From: Lentimicrobiaceae bacterium
GTDB lineage: Bacteria; Bacteroidota; Bacteroidia; Bacteroidales; UBA4417
Assembly (NCBI GenBank): GCA_028697555.1
Contig: JAQVEX010000002.1
Coordinates: 11,677 to 75,676 of the forward strand
Reading direction: 5' to 3'
Length of the DNA stretch: 64,000 nucleotides
Below the pieces are notes generated by a model. That model was given only the letters and a program-made list of their open reading frames with translations. It had not been told where the DNA came from and did not search any database. This document shows positions 38,057-45,733 of this stretch, in pieces; position 1 is the first letter of the stretch; each line of letters starts with the position of its first letter. Both the position numbers and the translations under genes were made by a program.

Positions 38057-39565
38057 ATGAACATATCGGTAGAATTATTTTTATTAGTTGTTTCGATTCT
38101 CGTCTTTGTCAGCTTAGTGGTTGGAAAGATGGGAAGCCGATTTGGTGTACCTACGCTGTTGCTTTTTTTACTCATTGGTATACTGTTTGGCTCTGATGGG
38201 TTAGGTATTCAATTTCATTCGCCAAAGATAGCCCAAGCTATAGGCGTAGTTGCTCTGAATATTATTCTATTCTCCGGTGGATTAGATACTCGAATGTCTG
38301 AGATAAAGCCTGTTGCCGTACAGGGCTTTATACTTGCCACTGTGGGAGTTTTGCTTACGGCAGTTATTACAGGAGTTTTTATATATTGGTTAACCAACAA
38401 CTATTTTAGTGCCGTAACATTTACGCTTCTTGAATCTCTGTTGCTTGCCAGTGTTATGTCATCTACCGACTCAGCTTCCGTATTCTCTATCCTGCGTTCA
38501 AAAAACCTTTCGCTAAAAGAAAATCTGCGCCCTTTGTTAGAGTTTGAGAGTGGAAGTAACGACCCAATGGCGTACATACTTACAATTGTATTCGTTCAAC
38601 TTATTCAGTCGCCCGAAATAGATACTTTGAAAGCAATAATAATGTTTTTCCAACAGTTAATTTTAGGCGGATTAGCAGGTTATTTGTTAGGGAAAATGCT
38701 ATTTGTTCGCATTATTAATAAAATTGAATTAGAAAATGATGCTCTGTACTCTGTACTGCTTATTACGCTCATGTTCTTTTTGTTCGGAATTACAACATTT
38801 ATCGGAGGTAACGGATATTTGGCAGTTTATATAGGAGGTCTGTTTATTGGTAATAGTAAATTTGTGCACAGACGTAGTACGCTTAAGTTTTTCGATGGAA
38901 TGACTTGGTTGGTGCAAATTCTGATGTTCCTTTCATTAGGTTTGCTCGTTAATCCTTCGGAGTTGTTGCTGATAGCGAATGTGGGAATTCCTATAGGATT
39001 GTTTATGATTTTTGTTTCGCGTCCTATCACCGTTCACGCTTGCTTATTGCCATTCAGAAAAATGACTCTAAGAGCGAAGCACTACGTTTCGTGGGTTGGT
39101 TTACGCGGCGCTGTACCAATTATTTTTGCCACATATCCTTGGGTAGCAGAACTTGAACATGCTAAAACGATTTTCAACATTGTGTTTTTTATAACTATCA
39201 TATCGCTTTTGGTACAGGGAACCACAGTTGGCGCTATGGCAAAATGGCTAAAGCTATCGGAAGTGGCACCTAAAAAAAGGAAGTTAAAAAAGTTTGATGT
39301 AGAGATTGCAGACGAAATAAAATCTTTTATGAGCGAAATATCTATAAAGGAGGAGTACTTAGCCAACGGCTCGCAATTAAAGGACATAAAAATACCGGAC
39401 AATACGCTAGTTATAATGGTAAAACGTGATGAGCATTTTTTTGTCCCACGTGGTAACACAGAGCTAAAGGTTGGAGATGAAATTTTGGTTATTACTGACG
39501 ACGAGGAAGCTTTGGAAACAACCTACGAGTTCATTAAAGGCGAAAACTTTTTTGAAGAGATATAG
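38057..39565 (+). CDS. K+/H+ (cation:proton) antiporter, CPA1/NhaP2 type, with a C-terminal TrkA-C domain
   Basis: 502 aa with about 12 predicted TM helices and the ESGSND motif. The soluble C-terminal domain is of the RCK_C type. Confidence 0.8.
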   Translation: MNISVELFLLVVSILVFVSLVVGKMGSRFGVPTLLLFLLIGILFGSDGLGIQFHSPKIAQAIGVVALNIILFSGGLDTRMSEIKPVAVQGFILATVGVLLTAVITGVFIYWLTNNYFSAVTFTLLESLLLASVMSSTDSASVFSILRSKNLSLKENLRPLLEFESGSNDPMAYILTIVFVQLIQSPEIDTLKAIIMFFQQLILGGLAGYLLGKMLFVRIINKIELENDALYSVLLITLMFFLFGITTFIGGNGYLAVYIGGLFIGNSKFVHRRSTLKFFDGMTWLVQILMFLSLGLLVNPSELLLIANVGIPIGLFMIFVSRPITVHACLLPFRKMTLRAKHYVSWVGLRGAVPIIFATYPWVAELEHAKTIFNIVFFITIISLLVQGTTVGAMAKWLKLSEVAPKKRKLKKFDVEIADEIKSFMSEISIKEEYLANGSQLKDIKIPDNTLVIMVKRDEHFFVPRGNTELKVGDEILVITDDEEALETTYEFIKGENFFEEI

Positions 39566-39607
39566 AAAAAAACAAGTTTGGAATAGAACAAAAAAACAAT
39601 TTTTCTT

Positions 39608-39615
39608 TACTTTTG
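39608..39615 (+). promoter_or_regulatory. Bacteroidota -7 promoter box (TACTTTTG) for tRNA-Lys
   Basis: TAnnTTTG match 14 nt upstream of the tRNA 5' end. Confidence 0.5.
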
Positions 39616-39629
39616 CAAACTCAAAAAAT

Positions 39630-39702
39630 GACTTCGTAGCTCAGCTGGTAGAGCAATTGACTCTTAATCAATGGGTCGAGGGTTCGAATCCCTCCGAGGT
39701 CA
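39630..39702 (+). tRNA. tRNA-Lys (anticodon CTT)
   Basis: The cloverleaf can be read manually. Acceptor GACTTCG/CGAGGTC, anticodon arm ATTGA-CTCTTAA-TCAAT, T arm GAGGGTTCGAATCCCTC. No CCA is encoded. Confidence 0.9.
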
Positions 39703-39715
39703 CTTGATATACAAA

Positions 39716-39750
39716 GGCTTGCATTGTTACAATTGCAGGTCTTTTTTTTT
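39716..39750 (+). terminator. Rho-independent terminator after tRNA-Lys
   Basis: GGCTTGCA pairs with TGCAGGTC (includes G-U pairs), followed by a T9 run. Confidence 0.65.
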
Positions 39751-39776
39751 GCTGAAATAGAATATAAACGTAGCAA

Positions 39777-39812
39777 TTAAAAAAGCACCTACCGATAATT
39801 CGACAGGTGCTT
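39777..39812. terminator. Bidirectional-looking terminator hairpin; terminates the minus-strand tRNA-Val
   Basis: AGCACCT (39784-39790) pairs with AGGTGCT (39805-39811). T runs follow the stem on both strands. Confidence 0.6.
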
Positions 39813-39819
39813 TTTATTG

Positions 39820-39897
39820 TGGTGGGAGCAACAGGAGTTGAACCTGTGACCCCCTGCTTGTAAGGCAGGTGCTCTAAACCAACTGAGCTATGCTCCC
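39820..39897 (-). tRNA. tRNA-Val (anticodon TAC), CCA encoded
   Basis: Reverse complement reads GGGAGCATAGCTCAGTTGG...CCTGC-CTTACAA-GCAGG...GGTTCAACTCC...TGCTCCCACCA. Confidence 0.9.
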
Positions 39898-39997
39898 AAA
39901 AACAGAGTGCAAAGATAATATTTTTTTAATATACAGACCAAAAATCAGAAAAAAAATAAAAAATTTTCATATCAATCTGTTTATTACGGTAATTACT

Positions 39998-40005
39998 TAA
40001 ATTTG
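39998..40005 (+). promoter_or_regulatory. Bacteroidota -7 promoter box (TAAATTTG) for the TamA-like gene
   Basis: TAnnTTTG match 21 nt upstream of ATG 40027. Supports that start over the TTG at 40003 used in the ORF track. Confidence 0.45.
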
Positions 40006-40026
40006 CAGTCGTTACTTTTCTGTTTT

Positions 40027-42369
40027 ATGAAGATGAAGAAATCTTTTGTCCTGCTTTTTATAATATCGTTGCTATTTGTTTCGTGTACAAGTACTAAAAA
40101 TGCGTCACAAAAGAGAGAGTATTTATTGATAAAAAATTCAATCAAAGTCGATAAATCGTATGTTAAATCCGGCGACTTATCCGGACTTACCACACAAAAA
40201 CCTATCAAAGGCATTACATCTTCATTTTTCAGACCCGGAATTTGGTTTTACAAAAAAAGTATGCAAGGCAAAGAAAACGGTTTTAAAAGGTTTCAACGCA
40301 AAGCCTTTGGAAAAGAGCCAGTGTACATGGATTCGGCTCATATTTCGCAAACCATAGATAACTTTAATGCATACCTGAAAAATAAAGGCTTTTATCACGC
40401 TTCTGTAGATTATTCGGTTAAGTTGTCAAGAAAAACCGCTAAGGTGTATTACAACGTTTTGTGTGGCTCGCCATGCATTGTAGATACTATCAACTATGCT
40501 ATTCCCGATACGAATATTATTAATCTCATTAAAGAGCAAGGAACATCGTCCAAACTTAAGCCTAAGATGATTTTCGACACCTATCTTTTGAACGAAGAAA
40601 GAACATATATGTCGGATATACTCAGAGATAACGGCTATTATTCGGTTTCGCCAAACGAAATTTACTATGTAGTAGATATGTCGGACGATAAAAGCGTAGC
40701 AGATGTTGAAGTCAGGATGAAAAAGTGGAAGCGAAAGAGTGACACAAGCGATGTTGTGCAAGAACTTTCACATCCTAAATTTTACATAAATAAAATAGAT
40801 ATTATTACTAATGCCAAACCTGAAGTAGGTTTTCAGCAGTACGATTCGCTTACGGTTCATTATAAACCCAGAAGAAAATCTCCCAATGTCAACACTGCTA
40901 ACGTATTTTGGCAAGATAAGTTGCAGATACGACCATCGGTTTTGACCTCTATTTTACAAGTGCACGACAATCAGCTGTTTAGCCAGCAAAACGTAAATAA
41001 TACTTACAAACGTTTTATAAAGTTGCCTATAATAAAAAGTGCAAGTATTACCATGCAAGAGTCGAAAAAGCACAGTCCCGACTCAAATTTCGTCGATTGT
41101 AGGATTAGATTGTTGCACAACAAGAATAAAATTTTCAATTTCGGTGTAGAAGGTACAAACTCGGCAGGTATGCTCGGTACCGGAATTAGAACAGGAATAG
41201 TGCACAAAAACATTTTCAGAGGAGCCGAAGTTTTTTCGTTCAATTTGAGAACCAATGCCGAAATTCAGCCATTAACAATGAGGGAAGATGCCGATAATCT
41301 ATTCCTCATTTTCAACACTTTGGAAGCAAGTGGCGAAACTAGTTTGTCTTTCCCCAGCATATTATTGCCTCTAAAATTAACAAGCGGTTGGGGTATTCAA
41401 GAGGCAAGTTCATCGCTGAATTTTGGTATAGGATACATGTTGAGACCTCAATACTCAAGAAGTCTGATTTCACTTTCGTGGAACTACAATTGGCAGTTTC
41501 ATCAAAATTTAAAACACACATTCACTCCTGTAGAACTTAGCTATATCAATGTGTTGAACATTAGAGAGGATTTTCAAAACTACCTCGATTCCTTATCCGA
41601 CCCGCATTTCAAATCGGTTTTTACCAATCACTTGCTCACAACTATTAGGTATAACATGGTTTTGACCAACGATTTCGACTCAAAAAGTGCCCGGCAATAT
41701 TCCGTACGTTTCAATATTGAAACATCGGGAAATGCTTTTTACTTGTACGATAAGTATATAACTAAACTTGCTACAGAAGACTATTATAGTCGTTTGGGCG
41801 TTAGGTATGCGCAATATTTCCGCACCGATGTCGATTACCGTTCATATTGGAATTACGCTCCTGACGCCAATGTAGCTTTCAGGTTTTTGGCAGGTATATC
41901 TATTCCTTACGGAAATTCTCAAGTTGTTCCGTTTGAAAAAAGTTTTTGGTTAGGCGGAGCTAATGACATGCGTGGCTGGAAGCTTCGTACGCTTGGACCT
42001 GGTAGTTATTCGAAAGAAGGGACTAATGTTTTCGATAAATCGGGTAACATCGTACTTCATAGTAGTATTGAGCAACGTTTTCCAATTTATAGCTTCTTGA
42101 ACGGAGCTATATTTGCCGATGCCGGTAATATTTGGATGCTAAATAAAGTAGAAGATTTTGAAGGAGCCGAATTTAATTTCTCCGAATTTTACAAGCAGAT
42201 AGCCTTGGATGTTGGTCTTGGCTTGAGGTTTAATTTCAACTTTTTTGTTTTCAGAGTCGATTGGGCTTTACCTCTATCGTATCCCGACGACAATTCGGCA
42301 TTTATCAATGTCGATAAAATTAAATTACGCAACGGAAACTTTAATTTTGGGATAGGTTATCCGTTCTAA
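40027..42369 (+). CDS. Omp85-family outer membrane protein (TamA/BamA-like, surface antigen D15 barrel)
   Basis: About 780 aa from MKMKKSFVLLF..SC (signal/lipobox). The C-terminal barrel carries the motifs F.LGG...RG and FNFGIGYPF. Confidence 0.7.
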   Translation: MKMKKSFVLLFIISLLFVSCTSTKNASQKREYLLIKNSIKVDKSYVKSGDLSGLTTQKPIKGITSSFFRPGIWFYKKSMQGKENGFKRFQRKAFGKEPVYMDSAHISQTIDNFNAYLKNKGFYHASVDYSVKLSRKTAKVYYNVLCGSPCIVDTINYAIPDTNIINLIKEQGTSSKLKPKMIFDTYLLNEERTYMSDILRDNGYYSVSPNEIYYVVDMSDDKSVADVEVRMKKWKRKSDTSDVVQELSHPKFYINKIDIITNAKPEVGFQQYDSLTVHYKPRRKSPNVNTANVFWQDKLQIRPSVLTSILQVHDNQLFSQQNVNNTYKRFIKLPIIKSASITMQESKKHSPDSNFVDCRIRLLHNKNKIFNFGVEGTNSAGMLGTGIRTGIVHKNIFRGAEVFSFNLRTNAEIQPLTMREDADNLFLIFNTLEASGETSLSFPSILLPLKLTSGWGIQEASSSLNFGIGYMLRPQYSRSLISLSWNYNWQFHQNLKHTFTPVELSYINVLNIREDFQNYLDSLSDPHFKSVFTNHLLTTIRYNMVLTNDFDSKSARQYSVRFNIETSGNAFYLYDKYITKLATEDYYSRLGVRYAQYFRTDVDYRSYWNYAPDANVAFRFLAGISIPYGNSQVVPFEKSFWLGGANDMRGWKLRTLGPGSYSKEGTNVFDKSGNIVLHSSIEQRFPIYSFLNGAIFADAGNIWMLNKVEDFEGAEFNFSEFYKQIALDVGLGLRFNFNFFVFRVDWALPLSYPDDNSAFINVDKIKLRNGNFNFGIGYPF

Positions 42370-42378
42370 AAATATAAA

Positions 42379-43797
42379 ATGCAAAAACAATTACTCGAAG
42401 ATGCTATTATTTCAAATATCGGTTATGTCCCAACCGATAATCAAAGGAGTGTTGTAGGCAAAATTTCGGATTTTTTGTTGCAAAAAGACCCGTACTCGCT
42501 ATTTGTACTCAACGGTTCGGCTGGTACAGGTAAAACAACCTTGATAAATGCAATTGTAAAAACTTTAAAAAACACCAGAACTCCTTATGTGCTATTAGCT
42601 CCAACCGGAAGAGCAGCTAAGGTTATGGCAAACTATACAGGAGAAACGGCTCTTACCTTGCACAAGTTTTTGTATTACTACAGCTATGATGAGTCGGGGG
42701 ATTGGAAATCGCAGTTGAAAAATAATAAATCGGAAAATGCAGTTTTTATGGTCGATGAAGCCTCGCTACTTTCGTACAATGCAAGTGCCTTTGATAACTA
42801 CCAACAAGTTTTACCCGACCTGATTAATTTCGTTTTTTCAAAACCTAATAATAAACTCATTTTTATAGGCGACACTTGTCAGCTTCCCCCTATTGATAGC
42901 ACTATAAGTCCTGCCATGGATGCAAAAACAATGGAGTCGTTGTTTTCGTTAAATGTCTCCGATTCGAATTTAAGTCAGGTTGTGCGGCAGTCGGAAGATT
43001 CGGCAATTCTGTCGCTCGCCGAATTTGTCAGAACCAAAATATCAAATAATAATGCAGATTTACCATATCTAATGATTGAGGAAAATGCTGCAGATGTTAC
43101 TGTTGTTGATGGATATGAATTTATAGATAATTTGGAAACAGCATATTCTCGTTTTGGGAAAAACGATGTGGTCCTGGTTACAATGTCGAACAAACGAGCA
43201 AATTTATTCAATAAAACTATTCGCGAACGCGTTTTTTATCAAGATTTTGAAATCAACGCAGGCGACATGATAATGGTGGTAAAAAACAATTATTTTTGGC
43301 TCAAAGATATTGATCAAGGTGGTTTTATTGCCAATGGCGATATAGGCGAAGTGCTGAGCATCAGAAATTTTGAAGAAATTGGCGAATTCAAATTTGCCGA
43401 TGCTCAAATTAAACTCATCGATTACGAGCAGCCGCTTACAGTTGAAGTTAAAGTTTTGCTCAATACTTTATGGTCGGAGCAGGCAGGACTTGGTTCCGAC
43501 AAAAGTTATCAGCTGTACAATATGGTAGCTCAAAAGTATGCTCATATTGCTTCTAAAGCCAAAAGGAACGAAAGTATTAGAAACGATGAGTATTACAATG
43601 CTCTACATATTAAATTTTCGTATTCGCTAACTTGCCACAAAACTCAAGGCGGACAGTGGAAAGCGGTGTTTGTAGAAAATCCTTTTTACAACGAGAGCAT
43701 GCAAACAGTTGAAAATTTAAAATGGTTGTACACTGCGATAACCAGAGCAACCGATAAATTATATTTGGTTAATTTTGAGAAACAATTTATAAAATAA
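42379..43797 (+). CDS. RecD-like superfamily 1 DNA helicase (AAA_30 plus UvrD_C-like)
   Basis: 472 aa with Walker A GSAGTGKTT, Walker B FMVDEAS, and C-terminal T.HK.QG..W / LYTAITRA. Confidence 0.75.
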   Translation: MQKQLLEDAIISNIGYVPTDNQRSVVGKISDFLLQKDPYSLFVLNGSAGTGKTTLINAIVKTLKNTRTPYVLLAPTGRAAKVMANYTGETALTLHKFLYYYSYDESGDWKSQLKNNKSENAVFMVDEASLLSYNASAFDNYQQVLPDLINFVFSKPNNKLIFIGDTCQLPPIDSTISPAMDAKTMESLFSLNVSDSNLSQVVRQSEDSAILSLAEFVRTKISNNNADLPYLMIEENAADVTVVDGYEFIDNLETAYSRFGKNDVVLVTMSNKRANLFNKTIRERVFYQDFEINAGDMIMVVKNNYFWLKDIDQGGFIANGDIGEVLSIRNFEEIGEFKFADAQIKLIDYEQPLTVEVKVLLNTLWSEQAGLGSDKSYQLYNMVAQKYAHIASKAKRNESIRNDEYYNALHIKFSYSLTCHKTQGGQWKAVFVENPFYNESMQTVENLKWLYTAITRATDKLYLVNFEKQFIK

Positions 43798-43803
43798 TTA
43801 ATT

Positions 43804-44283
43804 ATGAGAATAGGTTTAGGCTTTGATGTGCATGCTTTTGAAAAGAACAGAGAATTTTGGTTGGGCGGCGTTTTAATAGACCATTACCAAGGTTTGGCTG
43901 GTCATTCCGATGCCGATGTGCTTATACACAGTATTTGCGATGCATTGTTAGGAGCAGTTAATTTGGGTGATATAGGCTCCAATTTTCCTGACAGCGACCA
44001 AAAATACAAGGATATCAGAAGTATGGTCTTGCTTAAGGCAGTAGCCGAAAAGTATAAAAACATAGGATACAAAATAGTTAATATAGATTCGGTTGTAGTG
44101 ATACAAAAACCAAAGATAGCACCGTATATACCGCAGATGAAAGAAGAAATTGCTAAATGCTTAGGTATAGACGTAAATCAGATTTCTATAAAAGCCACAA
44201 CTACCGAACATCTTGGTTTTGAAGGTCGTGAAGAAGGAGTTTCGGCACAAGCTGTTGTTTTGGTTGAAAAGGAATTTGTGTAG
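43804..44283 (+). CDS. ispF: 2-C-methyl-D-erythritol 2,4-cyclodiphosphate synthase
   Basis: 159 aa with the motifs GFDVH, GHSDADVL.H and the downstream FPDSD. Its stop codon TAG is the first 3 nt of element E4. Confidence 0.93.
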   Translation: MRIGLGFDVHAFEKNREFWLGGVLIDHYQGLAGHSDADVLIHSICDALLGAVNLGDIGSNFPDSDQKYKDIRSMVLLKAVAEKYKNIGYKIVNIDSVVVIQKPKIAPYIPQMKEEIAKCLGIDVNQISIKATTTEHLGFEGREEGVSAQAVVLVEKEFV

Positions 44284-44483
44284 TGTTTCGGGTTGCGTGG
44301 TGCGTGGTGCGGGTTTCGGGGTGCGGGTTACGGGTTATCCCGAAGTTTCGGGAGTCACTGAGTGCCGAAAGCGTATCGAAGTGCCGAAAATGGAGAACGC
44401 TTTGGACTTCGGCTCTTCGACAAGTTTAGTAACCGAAGTCTATCACCCACCACTCATCACTCATCACCATTCACCCAACACTA
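44281..44483. repeat. Heptamer/palindrome mosaic element E4, filling the whole ispF-porV convergent gap
   Basis: Eight G-rich 7-mers at 44284-44339 and the palindrome TCCCGAAGTTTCGGGA at 44338-44353. A core shared with E3 at 44355-44396 and the hairpin GACTTCGG/CCGAAGTC at 44405-44440. Six C-rich 7-mers at 44441-44482. Both termini read TAGTGTT as an inverted repeat. Confidence 0.9.
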
Positions 44484-45635
44484 ATTAATATCAAACGATA
44501 GGCTAAAACGCATTGTATTTGCAAGCGGGTGTTTAGAGTTGGTTGTGTAGTTCACTACAGGAATAATGTACGAAACGTCAATTCCAATTACGTTGTATTT
44601 AAAACCGGCTCCTAATGTAGCAAACGACCTTCCACCTTTGTTTTTATTTTCGTAAAAGAAACCGCCTCTTAAAGCAAACTGTTCAGCGTACCAATATTCA
44701 ACACCGGTAGCAACGTTATATTCTTGCATTTCTTCTTGAAAACCGCCGGGAGCATCATAAAACGAGTGAATAATTCCCACAGGAACCGAAACATCGTCAT
44801 CTAACCCAAGTAATGTGCCGTCTTCTCCAACCCTTCTGGGTGTTGGAACCAATAGTTTATTGATTTCCAACATAAAAGTTGCTTTATTGTAGTTGTCAAA
44901 ATCAATGTGTAAAGCAGGACCTATACGCAAGTTTGCCGGAATAAATTCTTTTTCGGTATTATCGTCGGTATAAGATATTTTACTACCGATATTAGAAATA
45001 TTGACACCCCATGCAAAATAACCTTCGTAATTTGAAATAACTATGGGCAAACGTTGATATACCGATACGTCTGCCGCAATTGAGTTGCCAGGTTTAGTGC
45101 TTTGCGACCCAATTGATTGTCCCAAAGTCAGATTTGAGTATATATATCGGGCTGAAATACCTCCCGACAATGTAGCGGTAAGCATTCGAGAGTAAGTTAC
45201 ATCAAAAGCAAATTCGTGTGGAACATAATTACCTATGCTATAATTGTATTCGTCGGTAAATGCTATATTTCCTAAATTAAAATATCTTAGCGAAGCAGCT
45301 ATTACCTGATTTCTATCAATACGAGCGTATCCCGACAGGTAAGCTAAGTCTATGTCTTTTGCTATACTTGCAAGCCAAGGACTATATGCAACACCTACAC
45401 CCATTTTGCTTTTTGTATAAGCATATTTTGCAGGATTGTAGTGCATAGAAAATGCGTCGGGTTCGGAAGCAACGCCCATATCGGCAAGTGAGCCGCCGCG
45501 TGCATCAGGCGATATAGTTAAAAATGGAACTGTTGTAGTTATTGGATTATAGGCTCCTGTATATGAGTTTTGTGCTGAAATCCCTATAGTTGTTAGAGTT
45601 AAAATAGCTATAAGTAACTTGTTTAAGTATTTCAT
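44481..45635 (-). CDS. porV: Type IX secretion system outer-membrane shuttle protein PorV (LptO)
   Basis: 384 aa with a signal peptide and a conserved PorV N-terminus (VPFLTISPDARGGSLADMGVA). FadL-like barrel. Immediately downstream of porU. Confidence 0.85.
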   Translation of the reverse strand: MKYLNKLLIAILTLTTIGISAQNSYTGAYNPITTTVPFLTISPDARGGSLADMGVASEPDAFSMHYNPAKYAYTKSKMGVGVAYSPWLASIAKDIDLAYLSGYARIDRNQVIAASLRYFNLGNIAFTDEYNYSIGNYVPHEFAFDVTYSRMLTATLSGGISARYIYSNLTLGQSIGSQSTKPGNSIAADVSVYQRLPIVISNYEGYFAWGVNISNIGSKISYTDDNTEKEFIPANLRIGPALHIDFDNYNKATFMLEINKLLVPTPRRVGEDGTLLGLDDDVSVPVGIIHSFYDAPGGFQEEMQEYNVATGVEYWYAEQFALRGGFFYENKNKGGRSFATLGAGFKYNVIGIDVSYIIPVVNYTTNSKHPLANTMRFSLSFDIN

Positions 45636-45699
45636 TATGTTTTTTTTGTTATAGTTTTTAATAATTTATTTGCAAATAATTGTTTATCGGATAACGGTG

Positions 45700-45707
45700 C
45701 AAAAGTA
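45700..45707 (-). promoter_or_regulatory. Bacteroidota -7 promoter box (TACTTTTG) for porV
   Basis: Reverse complement matches TAnnTTTG, 65 nt upstream of the ATG at 45635. Confidence 0.45.
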
Positions 45708-45733
45708 TAAATATTGTGCTTTTAAACTAAAAA

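Noticed and set aside
39471-39707. 78-aa ORF overlapping the antiporter 3' end and tRNA-Lys
   Set aside because: It runs through a clear tRNA gene, so it is a spurious ORF.
40027-43797. TamA-like OMP plus RecD-like helicase next to tRNA genes as a possible integrated island or defence locus
   Set aside because: No integrase, direct repeats of the tRNA 3' end, nuclease, methylase or other defence partners are present. Both genes are common single-copy Bacteroidota genes, and ispF follows directly.
44213-44488. 91-aa ORF (and 8554..8766, 70 aa) spanning the repeat elements
   Set aside because: The translation is just heptamer arrays and palindromes read through (e.g. VVRGAGFGVRVTGY, HPPLITHHHSPNTN). 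There is no start context, and the ORFs overlap the ispF end. They are artefacts of the repeats.
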